A DNA stretch of 64,000 bases, from NCBI GenBank assembly GCA_951406725.2, contig OX597821.1:115258001-115322000 (forward strand), in the 5' to 3' direction. Position 1 is the stretch's first letter; every line of letters begins with the position of its first letter. Position numbers and translations under genes: made by a program. The notes under the pieces were generated by a model. That model was not told where the DNA came from, did not search any database, and saw nothing but the letters and a program-made list of their open reading frames with translations. Below are positions 42,656 to 54,727 of this stretch, piece after piece. This stretch comes from Octopus vulgaris (Eukaryota).

Positions 42656-42858
42656 TATAAGGTGTATTACGAGCATTTATAGAACACAGTCCTATATAAA
42701 TTCAACAAACAGTTAAAGATGGAGAAGAGAAGATGTTAAAAGTTTGATTACATTTTAATCAATGTAAAATGTAATCAAACTTTTAACATCTTCTCTTCTC
42801 CATCTTTAACTGTTTGTTGAGTTCATATACGACTGTGTTCTATAAATGCTCGTAATAC

Positions 42859-42866
<8 letters not shown>
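42656..42866. repeat. Foldback inverted repeat, ~102-bp arms, 7-nt loop
   Basis: tataaggtgtattacgagc...gattacatttta / taaaatgtaatc...gctcgtaatacaccttata; about 3 mismatches. Confidence 0.92.
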
Positions 42867-42909
<43 letters not shown>

Positions 42910-43227
42910 CAAATAAGAAAATGGAGAAACAAATTTGGTTTGTTCATCAACTTTCGGATATTATAATGTTGGATTATTTATTCATTTTACAAATTAGAAC
43001 ATCAAAAACATACAAAAATATTATATAAATCGATAGATAAGATAATAATAATACAAATACAGATTTTAAAAGTCATAGTATAAATTAATGAAATCCTAAA
43101 AATTACTTCTTACAGCTGTTTCAGCCTATGGTCAAAAGTGAATCTAATTTTCATTGCCTATAGATGTCAGCATACTAAGGTTGTAGGCATGTGGGTTACA
43201 CCCATAACCCCTATCTTACTTTGTACT

Positions 43228-43258
<31 letters not shown>

Positions 43259-43502
43259 AGAAAGGTTGAGTTCAATTAGAACAGTTTTTCTTTGGGGGGA
43301 TCCAAAGTTAGATTTCTAATAAAGGTATATATATATAATTATTATTATTATTATTATTATTTCATTTAGGCATGTCAATACTAATAATCTGGTGTTAGAA
43401 CTCAATATACGAATGCTTCAGTATGAAGCATCAGTCGAGTACAGAATGAGCACAAGAAATTGGAATGACAAAGGAATAAGCAATTATCTTATGATCTTCA
43501 TT

Positions 43503-43583
43503 AGCTTACAGCCGTTTCTGCTATAAGATGCAGTGTACTCGTAATTGAATGCTTGTGTATCCCCCTATAGCTTCATCAGAGCT
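43503..43583 (-). ncRNA. Hammerhead ribozyme motif (slightly decayed)
   Basis: Reverse complement AGCU-CUGAUGA-A-GCUAUA...UAUAGC-A-GAAAC-GGCU-GUA-AGCU. Confidence 0.6.
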
Positions 43584-44294
43584 TCAAATATATACATATA
43601 TATATATCATTTAGAAGTATCATGCAATGACAAAACGAGGGGTCACAAGTACCTACAAAACACACACACACACACACACACACAGTGTCACTGTCATCCA
43701 AGCAATGTTGTTTTGAGTTCAAGTCACATCTTCTGTCACTGAAGAATTATAATAAATAAAATGGAGACTTTTCTGTTAGGAGTTGCAAACAATGGCTAAC
43801 AGCAGCAGCAATGTGAAAATACAGTGGGAACTTAGGTTCCTTAGATTAATCAGAAGATTGTCTACCATCACCACCACTACCACCACAACAACAACTATCA
43901 CCATCACAATCACTACAACCACCACCATCATCTACATGCTATGTAACTGTCTTGTTAATTCATCTCCTTTTATGGCACCAATTCCATTCCTCTCTGCTGT
44001 GGTTTACCATTTCATACAAAGTCCTAGAACTCTGCTCTTTCAGCTCTAATCAACTGTATTTCGGGAAAAATTAATTTTTATTGTTCTGTAAATTACTTAA
44101 ATATTTTCTCTTTGTTTAAATATTTTGACTTCGATTAAATTGTGTTTGTGATGGTCAGAAACGGATTGGCTGCTTAAAATATATTTCCTTCTTGGATTAA
44201 CTAAACATCTGTTGCTAGTAATTAGCATTCAACTAATTGACAATTGTGTATACATGATGATTATATATATACTCACACACAGCCATATATATAT

Positions 44295-44344
<50 letters not shown>

Positions 44345-44600
44345 GCATCGTGCACACACGGGTACACATTCTTCTTTTGAGATGCTACTCATATTTCCAC
44401 ATTCCATTCTCTTTTGTGTTCCCAATTAATAAACAATTTCTTACTTAATTATTTTCCTTTCATAAATTATATATATATATATATTTATATATGGGGGGGT
44501 GGAGATAAGCAGCAGACAAAGAGAGAGAAAGAGACACATGCACAATGCATACATCTTTTGTTACTAGTTTCAGAGAGCATGTTGCGACCATACTGAGACA

Positions 44601-44635
<35 letters not shown>

Positions 44636-45095
44636 GGTATGGAAAAGAAAAATTTGGTGAACAATAGTGTCATTTATTACAGGTGACATATATATGTGTG
44701 TGTGTTTATATACATTACCTATACTTGTTTATGTGTGAATAATTGTGCTATATACTCACTCGTTCTCACACACTCATATTACTAGTTCCAGTCTGTAGAT
44801 TGTGGCCATGCTGTAACACTGCTAAGCCTGTGCATGTGTGCTTCATATCAAATTTATTGGTTTAAATTGTTTAATTGATTTTTGTACAAAGGTAATTTGC
44901 TAAACAATAGTGTCATGCGTTTCAGTTGGTGTGTGTGAGTGTGTGTATGTATACATAGACACACACACACACACACACACATGTGAAAAGACATGGCTTA
45001 GTGGTTCCAGTGTTGTACTCACGATTGCCAGAACGTAGGTTCAATTCTCAGATTGAGCAGAATGTTTAGATAAGGGGCACACACACACACACACA

Positions 45096-46354
45096 CAGGG
45101 TCTTGTAGATAAATTGAGACAATTTTTACAATGCATAAAGCTGGTTATAAATACTAAATAATGGCAGTAGACAGATATAATTTTAATGTAACACTTATTA
45201 TAACAAAAACATTTATCACTCAATATGGTCGCCCTTTTGTGCAATTCCTGCCTCCATATGGGAATGAAATTTTTTTGCAGCTGCTGCAACCTCCTTTCTT
45301 TTTTTTTGATTTTGTGTGCCACATGCACAATGCAGGCCTTCAAACTGTTGATACTTGAGTGTGGTGAAGCATTGGTCCTTGCTTGAAGTATGCCCCATAA
45401 AAAGTAATCAAGAAGGTTGAGGTCTGGGTTGAGCCAGATGTTGACCCTCACAAAAAATGGCACCTTCTCACCAAGGAAGGCCTGTGTTATGGCATGGTGC
45501 AGAATCCTGGATAAGCACCACATTGTCAAGCCCAAACTTCTGCTCCCTCCAGGGTAACAGAGAGTTCTTCAGGATTTCCAGATACTCTTTTGTACCAATC
45601 ATCAAGCCATACTCAATGGAGTGTGGATCCATGACACTTCCATCACTCATCATGGCTCCAAATACCATCACAGAGGCAGGATTCTAGGTCTCAAACACAG
45701 GGGGACATCAGAAGGGTTGTATACGATCATTTGAGAATTTCTGTGATTCTCCTCAGCATCCACAGTGAACTTCTTCTCGTCCACAGACACAAGAGTTTTA
45801 CCTGCACCTTGATGCTTGATGGATGACAAGAGCTTTGGGCATCTCTCAGCTCTGGTTGCTTAGGCCTTGGCTGTTAGGAGGTGACCATGTCATTGAACAT
45901 AGCTAGACATGCCAAGGTTCCTGTTCACAGCTCTGGACACTCTGGAAAGGGACACACTGCATTTCTTTGCAAGAGTTACCATGGATGTGGATGGGTTGGC
46001 TCCAATCGAGCATTTGAGGCCAATGGAAAAACTTTGGATTGGGCTTGGAATCACTTCGAGTCTTGTGTTCTTTTCTATAATTCTTTCCCTCTTCCTTAAA
46101 TTGTTTATACACATGATAAACTGTTGCTTTTGGAAGTTTTGTCAACTTAACAACTTTACTGGCAGTGTGCCTGACACACGCCAAAACAACAATGGTGGAA
46201 TGGTTCCGTTGTTCCATGACTTTTTATTGTCGAATCAGTTTGCTATTTACCTGAAAAATAAAGAGAAGGCTTACATTATCAAGCAAGTAAAGTTTTGTCA
46301 AAAAATGAAATGTTAAACACACTAAGCTGTTTAAAGCTGGTCTCAATTAATCTA
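45096..46354 (-). mobile_element. Near full-length decayed Tc1/mariner element, DD37D (maT)-like
   Basis: Frameshifted transposase: KLPKATVYHVYK (HTH), VSVDEKKFTVD, VMVFGAMMSDG, LIQDSAPCH, PDLNLLDYFLWG. TIR remnants tagataaattgagac / gtctcaattaatcta. Confidence 0.85.
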
Positions 46355-46392
46355 TGTGTGTACATACGTACGTACGTACATACATACATACA

Positions 46393-46428
<36 letters not shown>

Positions 46429-46637
46429 TATTAGAAGGTTTGGAGATGATGTACAGGTATTTTATATTAGAAGAAATGAGATACTCAGAAATTCGGATGG
46501 TTTTATATTTACAGATATTTATTTGTATATTACATGTTTTTATATATCATATATCATATATCATATATTAGCGCTTTCGTCCATTCTAATGGAGTTTTCA
46601 AATTGAACTAAGTTCTTGTGGAAAAATTTGACCATTT

Positions 46638-46692
<55 letters not shown>

Positions 46693-47351
46693 CATGCTTC
46701 TCTCAGTTTCCATCTGCCAGATCTGCTCACAAGGCTTTGGTCATCCCAAGGCTATATTAGAAGACACTGGCCCAAGGTGTCATGCAGTGGAACTGAACCC
46801 AAAAGCATGTGATTTGGAAGTAAACTTCTTACCACACAGCCACCCACTTTCACATTAATTAGTGAAAGATACAAAATAGCTGAGTGGTGATGTTACTGGT
46901 CCTCTTTTGAAACACAAGTTCATATCTCTTGCAAATATTATTTTGATCTCACTGTGGAGACCCCTATCTCACTCCAGGGGCAGTTGTGTTCATTGACCCA
47001 CTTCACACTACAAACATGAATCTTGGTATTAATCCTTCTCCATAGTTTCAAAGACATTTAGTTGATGTTTAGCCGAGGTTGGGTCTGAACAACTAAACTT
47101 AGTAATCAAAGACATTCCAGCTATGACCATCTTGTCAACCATTACAGAACAGAACTCATTTTGTTTAGCTTTCTGTACTAGTCTTTTAAAGCCATCAAAG
47201 AAGACTGCTATTATTTTTCCATCTCAGTCATACTAAGTTATCACACGATAATTCTTTGATGTTTCCTTTACGGCTTTGTTCTTCGCTGACAAAGAAGTAC
47301 AAACAATAATTTTTATAATGCGTTTCTGATTCTGAAATCAAAATCAATTCG

Positions 47352-47876
47352 ATGACTGGCATCCGTGCTACGGGGTGCAAAGAGCACCATACGAGTGTGA
47401 TCGTTGACAGAGCGGCTAACCGGCTTCCATGCCAGTGGCACATAAAAGGGCACCATTCGAGTATGATCGTTACCAGCGTCACCTTACTGGCACTTGCACC
47501 CGTGCTAGTAGGGTGCCAAGAGCACCATCGGAGCGTGATCATTGCCAGAGCAGCCAACTGGTTTCCGTACCCATGGCACATAAAAGGGCACCCTTCGAGT
47601 GTGATTGTTACCAATGTCGCTTCACTGGCACGTGTAAAAAGATTCGAGTGAGGTCATTGCCAGTACCGCCTAACTGGCCCCCATGCCGGTGGCATGTAAA
47701 AAGCACCCACTACACTCTCAGAGTGGTTGGCATTAGGAAGGGCATCCAGCTGTAGAAACTCTGCCAGATCAAGGTTGGAGTCTGGTGCAGCCATCTGGTT
47801 CGCCAGCCCTCAGTCAAAATCGTCCAACCCATGCTAGCATGGAAAGCGGACACTAAACGATGATGATGATGATGAT
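47352..47876 (+). mobile_element. SINE family C with internal ~55-60 bp tandem units, RTE-type 3' end and (GAT)n tail (representative copy)
   Basis: ...gagtggttggcattaggaagggcatccagctgtagaaa...catggaaagcggacactaaacgatgatg. Copies at ~15725(-), 19830, 22595, 27835, 28958(-), 29690, 31565, 40243(-), 49586(-), 55795(-), 57761(-). Confidence 0.8.
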
Positions 47877-50519
47877 TCATTTGTAAATGCTTCGTCCAAC
47901 AATCTTTTAACTCTTTAACATTTAGATGACGGTCCAAATGTAATATTTATTCACTCTGTTTTGAATTAATCCTGCTTTATCCCATTGCTTTGAGATTTTG
48001 ATGATGGGATTGTTTATTTTTAGATTGACATTGTTGGGTAGGTGTGAGAGGCTGGATCTTGCCAATTTGAACATAAAGCACAAAATATTTAGGCTGAACT
48101 ATGGCTGGTTCAAATGCTGTTATACTTAGGAATTGACACTTCCAGCTCCATAGCAGCACCGTGACATTCAGAGAATTAAAATTCCTTGAAGCACTGACGA
48201 GTGTTTTTCAATTCTGTTAAAAATGTAATTTTTTTTTTTTATTTCTAACATGCCATAATTTTGAATTCTCATTACGGATAGGTGCATGCGTGGCTGTGTG
48301 GTAAGAAGTTTGCTTCCCAATCACATGGTTCTGGGTTCAGTCCCATTGTGTGACACCTGGGCAAGTGTTTTCTACTATAGCTTCAGATCAGTCAAAGCCT
48401 TGAATGGATTTGGCACATGGAAACTAAAAGAAGCCCTTTGTGGGTATGTGTGTTTGTGTCTGTCCTCCACCACCTGGTGTTGGTGTGTTTACACCCCTGT
48501 AACTTAACAGTTCAGCAAAAGAGACTGACATAATAAGTTGGATGCTTTAAAAAAGTATGTCCTGGGGTCAACTGATTCGACTAAAAATTCTTCAAGGTGG
48601 TGCCCCAGCATGGCCAACATCTAATGACTGAAAGAATTAGAAAAATAATTAGCCACTTTACCCAAAACAGAGAAAGCAATTTACACAATCCTACGTTTGA
48701 TCAAATTGAATGAAATGAAAAGCTGCGAAACAAATAGTTTGGAAAGAACATTTCTATTTCCTAATTGTCCACTTGGGAAGATTAAAATTCATCAATTGAT
48801 TTGGTTGAATAACACAGTGCTGCTCAAAGTGATGGTCCGTGGACTGGTGCCAGTCCGCGAGCCATCAGCTGCCGGTATGCAATGAGTTTCCAGAAAAGAA
48901 AAGAACATTATAAAATGCTTGTGTGATATTGTATTATTTGTTTACAGAATAAATATAAGATGAAAAGAGTTGTCAACTTTTACTATATTCATTATATAAG
49001 ACGGCAAGCTGGCAGAAACGGTAGCATGCCGGGCGAAATGCTTAGCGGTATTTTGCCTGTCTTTATGTTCTGTGTTCAAATTCTGCTGAGGTCAACTTTG
49101 CCTTTCATCCTTTCGGGGTCGATAAAATTAAGTACCAGTTGCGTACTGGGGTCGATCTAATCGACTGCCCCTCCCCTCTCCAAAAAAAAAACTGTGAAAG
49201 TGTGTGTGTGTGTATCTGAGAGAAAGTGTGTGTGTGTGTGTATGAGAGAGAGAGAGTGTGTGTGAGAGAGTGTATGTGAAAGTGAAAGAGAGTGTGTGTG
49301 TGTGTGTGAGAGAGAGAGTGTATGTGAAAGTGAAAAAGAGAGAGTGTGTGTGCATGTTCTTGTCTTGACGTCATGTGATAGTTGTGAAATGAGTATGAGT
49401 GCCATACAGGAAATGTTATTCTTTCCCAGGATTCTGTGAAAATGTGTCTTGCCATGGAGAAATAAATAAAGAAGAAAAAGATTCTGGTGCTCTGTCTATT
49501 ATGATAATGAGGATTGCAGTTACCTGGTCTAAAGAACAGCCTGCACATAGAATTAATGTGCAAGTGGTTGAGTATTCCACAGACACATCATCATCATCAT
49601 CATTTAACATCCGTTTTCCATGCTAGCACAGGTTGGACGGTTCAACCGGGGTCTAGGAAGCCAGGAGGTTGCAACAGGCTCCAGTCTGATCTGGTAGTGT
49701 TTCTACAGCTGGATGCCCTTCCTAATGCCAACCACTCCGTGATGTGTAGTGGATGCTTTTTACGTGCCACCGGCACAGGTGCCAGGCGAGGCTGGCAACG
49801 GCCATGATCAGTTAGTGCTTTTTACGTGCCACCAGCACAGGTGCCAGGGGAGGCTGGCAGTGGCCACGATCAGTTGGTGGTTTTTACGTGCCACCGGCAC
49901 AGAAGCCAGTCTAGGCGGCACAGGCATCGGCCACATTCGGATGGTGCTTTTTATGTGCCACCAACACAGTTCTTGGGGAGATTCAGCATAACACACAATT
50001 ACAGGTAATGACACATTTTTGCCAGCTGAGTGGAGTGGAACAACATGACATAAAGTACCTTGCTGAAGGATGCAATGAGCTGCTGGGGATTGAACTTATG
50101 ACCTTACAATTGTCAGCTGAATACCCCGAGCCACTAGACGATGTGCCTTCACTCCATGCAGAAATATCACCTTATGCAATAACAAGTGAAGATTGGCAAC
50201 AAGAACAGCTACCATAAAAACCCTTCTGACCCATGCAAGCATGGAAAAGTGGACGTCAAAATGATGATGGAGAAAATAATAATGATGATGATGCTTGCTA
50301 TAGTTGGGAATACCTGAAAGTGTTAAATAACTTAATTAAACACGGTTTTTATTGAAGTAAAATAAGACATTGTTTTTGGTGGATGACATTTTAGTTAATC
50401 ATATTAACCTGACAAATTGATGGTTTTGTCTTTTTTTTAGCTGTTTTCCAATATATAGTGTCATTCGTTAACACTTTAAGTATCTGCTGTTAGCCTGAGT
50501 TTAGAACAGACAGCAGGAT

Positions 50520-50551
<32 letters not shown>

Positions 50552-50594
50552 TACAGATATATATACACACACACACACACATAGATATATATAT

Positions 50595-50625
<31 letters not shown>

Positions 50626-50746
50626 CACACACACACATGCACATATACACACACACATACATATGTATATATACATATATATATATACATATATATACAC
50701 ACACACACATATATATACACACACACACACATATACACACATATAT

Positions 50747-50777
<31 letters not shown>

Positions 50778-50945
50778 CACACAGACACACATATATATAT
50801 AGGTAGACATGCAGTTAAACACAATTAGCCTTGACATACATACATACATACATATATATATATACACACACACACATATTTCAAACAACTCTGATCACGA
50901 ATAAACCATACTTTTATCTTCTGTCTTTCTCACATTCATTGAATA

Positions 50946-51173
50946 CAGTAGTACCTCAGTTTACGAACGCCTCTGATCACGAATAAATTGTGCTTTATAT
51001 ATATCTATCGTTGTCATTATCGTTTAACGTCTGCTTTCCATGCTGGCATGGGTTGGACGGTTTGACTGAGGGCTGGCAAGCCAGAAAGCTGCACCAGGCT
51101 CCAATCCAATATATATATATATAAAGCACGATTTATTCGCAATCAGAGATGTTCAAAAACCAAGGTACTACTG
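50946..51173. mobile_element. Tigger/pogo-like MITE with a SINE C fragment inserted
   Basis: TA|CAGTAGTACCTC ... AAGGTACTACTG|TA; ~50-bp inverted arms. Confidence 0.7.
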
Positions 51174-51422
51174 TAAACATGTGTATATACATTTGAGCAC
51201 ATATTTACTTAAACATGCTCTATGTAAATATATTCACACGTGTGTGTGTGTGTGTTTATCTTTCTGAATATATGTAAATATGTAACTATCTATCTATTTA
51301 TCTAATACACACACACACACATACACACATGTGTATATATATATGTCAAGCTTAATTGCATTTACCTCCATATCAGCCCACCTTGGATTTCTCTTATAGT
51401 CACTCTTGACACCTTGGACCTA

Positions 51423-51680
51423 GGAGTAAAGATTGTTTGCCAACATAACATGGCAGTCCTGGTTTAGGACAAATGTTGCTGTAATTTAGCCCTAAGAGAC
51501 ATCGTCTCCAGCTGGCTATATGACACAATCTATGTCCTTATATTTTTGAACAAGGGAAAATATAAGGACATGGATCATGTTGTATAGCCAACTGGAGATG
51601 ATGTCTCCTGGGGCTAAATTACAGCAACATTCATTCTAAACCAGGACTGCCATGTTATGTTGGCTAACAATCTTTACTCC
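51423..51680. repeat. Foldback inverted repeat, ~124-bp arms
   Basis: ggagtaaagattg...atgtccttatatttt / aaaatataaggacat...caatctttactcc. Confidence 0.92.
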
Positions 51681-52436
51681 AAAGTACTGTTGCTGAATAT
51701 CTCTCATTGTGAGATTTAATGATAGTAATTTTCTAACCTTGGACCTCGGCCTGGATGGAGAATTCAGGGTTTAAATGCAAATTCATTTGAGCACGACTAC
51801 ATGTTTCCTATACTGAGCACATCATGCTCTCACTAAGTGTGCTGCAGATTATCATATTCTGTCTTCATGATCAAAACAGTAATATACTTACCAAATGCAG
51901 TGCCAAATGGAACCATCTGTAATTAAGAATTCTAAGAAAACATATTTCACATCAGAGTTTGATATGTCACATAAAAACTTAGACCTATGATAATTTTTCC
52001 AAATTCTAACCATTAATGGACTCATATATTTCTTCTGAACATGGTTTTTATTCAGCTGTTATTATCAGTTCAGCACAGGAGTTATTTTAAGTCACGAAAG
52101 AATTTTTTTCTTTTTTTTTTTTTTCGATATGAGGAAATAATTCAATTCTGAAAGAATTAATTGATAAACGAAATTGCCCTTGAAATAAATATATTGAAAC
52201 CACCAGTATTATTATTATTATTATCATTATTATTATTATTATTAAAGGCGTTGAGCTGGCAGAAACATTAACATGCCAGGCGTAATGCTTAGCAGTATTT
52301 TGTCTGCCGGAACATTCTGAGTTCAAATTCCACCAAGGTCAGCTTTGCCTTTCATCCTTTCATGATCAATGAATTAAGTACCAGTCAAGTACTGGGGTTG
52401 ATTTGATTGACTATCCCCCCTCCTCACAAAATCCAA

Positions 52437-52830
52437 AATTCAAGGTACTGCCTGGAATTGAACTCACAGTGGGTTAGTAGCCCACACTCTTTACCATTAT
52501 GCTGGGCATATAGCATAATGGTTAAGAGCACGGGCTACTAACCCCAAGATTGCAAGTTCAATTCCAGGTAGCCCATGGGCATATAGCGTAATGGTTAAGA
52601 GCGTGGGCTACTAATCCCAAGATTGCGAGTTCAATTCCAGGCAGTACCTTGAATAAACAGTAATAATAATAACATCAGCAAAGATACATTAAGAATGAGA
52701 ACCTAGGGTTGGGTTTAAAATTCTACCAGGACACCTGATGAAAGCTGGAGAGTAAATCAGCTGAAATGTTTTGCGGTAACAACAAACAAGATGAGGACAA
52801 ATATCCGTCCAATGTAAACATTGTACAGAA
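52437..52830 (+). mobile_element. tRNA-headed SINE with hammerhead-containing tail: one inverted plus two tandem heads
   Basis: Heads gggcatatagc.taatggttaagagc..ggctactaa..gttcaattcc at 52504 and 52577; inverted head at ~52437-52503; CUGAUGA...GAAA at 52735-52766. Confidence 0.75.
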
Positions 52831-54227
52831 TTCCTAATCTCTAAAATATAGAGCAATGGATTATTATTATTATTATCATTATTATTATTATTTAATATAG
52901 TTGTTGTTGTTGTTGTTAAGGCAATGAATCGGTAAAATTGTTAATAGGTCAGACAAAATATCTAGCAGCATTTCTTCTGGGGTCAACTTTACCTTTTGTC
53001 TTTTCAAGGGTTGATAAAATAAGTACCAGTCATATACTGGGGTTGATGTAATCGATTAGCCCCCTCCCTTACCTCAAAACGGTTGGCCTTGTTCCAAGAT
53101 TAGAAAGAGTTCTTGTTGTTGTTGTTGTTAAGTACTAATTGATAAAAAGTACCTCTACCTAACCCCAAAATCTGTGGCTGTCTACTTGGTTAGAAATCAA
53201 TATTATTTTAAACATTATTCAAATAAAGAAATTAAAATTAAATGCTGTAAAAACCACCATCATCATCACTATCATCATCACCACCATCATTATCATCATC
53301 ATCATTATCATCATCCCTTTGTAAATAATAATTAAATTCAGATATTTTTATGCCTTTGTTTTATTTCTTCGTTATAAATATTTTGTGACTTTCTCTTGTT
53401 ACCCGTCATTAGACTGTGGCCATGCTGGGACACCACCTTGAAGAATTTTTAGTTGTATAAATTACCCCCAGTGCTTAGTCTATTGGTCTGGTACTTATTC
53501 TATCAGTCACTTTTGCCAAACTACTAAGTTACAGGTATGTAGACACACCAACACCAGTTGTCAAATGGCAGGTTGGGAACACACTCACACACACACACAC
53601 ATGAACACATAATGGGTTTCTCACAGTTTCCGTCTACCAAATCCACTGACAAGGCTTTCGTCAGCCAGAGGCTATAATAGAAGAGGTGCCACGCAGTAGG
53701 ACTGAACCCAGAACCATGTGGTTTTGAAGCAAGCTTCTTACCACACAGTCAAATCACAAAAGACAAGCAGCCCCTTTATTTACTCAAGCTGCCAGAAAGG
53801 GTTTGATAAAAATCTCCGATTATGAGTCATCATCATAATAATATATTTGAACTGTATTTGACCCCAGATTATTTCTGGGTGCTTCTAGCTTCCCTTACAT
53901 TTGTTCAAATTGTATTTTTGTATGAATGAATAATTATTCTTTCCGCTCAAATACATTTGTATTTCATTTTCTCACATAAAGTGACTTCAGTTGCTGTTTG
54001 TGGCTGTGTGGTAAGAAAATTGCTTCCCAGCCACAAGGTTCCAGGTTCAGTCCTACTGCGTGGCACCTTGGGCAAGTGTCCTCTACTATAGCCTCAGGCC
54101 AACCAAAGTCTTTTGAATGGATTTGGTAGACAGAAACTGACAGAAGCCCATCATATATATATATGGCTGTGTGGTAAGTAACTTGCTTACCAATGAATAT
54201 AATTTTATCGTTATTATTATAACATAT

Positions 54228-54281
<54 letters not shown>

Positions 54282-54320
54282 CAAAGGGGTTTGTATGATT
54301 GTGTATAGAGGGATATATAT

Positions 54321-54727
54321 TATTCAAAGGAATTCCAACTCTGTCTGTTTTTTATGTTTTATTTATAGTAAAATGAAATGAAGTATTGATTATCTTATTG
54401 AATAGATGAAATATTGAATATCAAATATTAGGGGACTAGTATACTTTTTTGCATTGGAGCAGTCTTCAAGGTCCCAGGTTGTGACAGGAGTGTTTCACAG
54501 TTGAAACACTCCTGTCACACCTGGGACCTTGAAGACTGTTTAAAGGCAAGAAAGTATACTAGTCCCCTAATATTTGATGTTCAATATATCATCTATTCAA
54601 TAAGACAATCAATACTTCATTTCATTTTACTATATATACTATTTATACTATATATTCTAAATCCTATATTAATATTATAAAGAATATAAATAAAACATAA
54701 AAAATAGAGTTGGAATTCCTTTGAATA
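54321..54727. repeat. Foldback inverted repeat (~175-bp arm, 4-nt loop at 54498-54501) built from a hammerhead-like unit
   Basis: atagtaaaatgaaatgaagtattg...gtgtttca cagt tgaaacac...caatacttcatttcattttactat; outer arms tattcaaaggaattccaactct / agagttggaattcctttgaata. Confidence 0.9.

Noticed and set aside
45041-46217. Functional or domesticated transposase gene
   Set aside because: Split across at least four frames with decayed TIRs.
47352-47700. Repeat-spacer-like pattern in family C elements
   Set aside because: Internal tandem subunits of a dispersed SINE, repeated in many copies across the window.
52504-52650. tRNA genes
   Set aside because: A/B boxes are present but no acceptor stem or poly-T terminator was seen; they continue into a SINE body.
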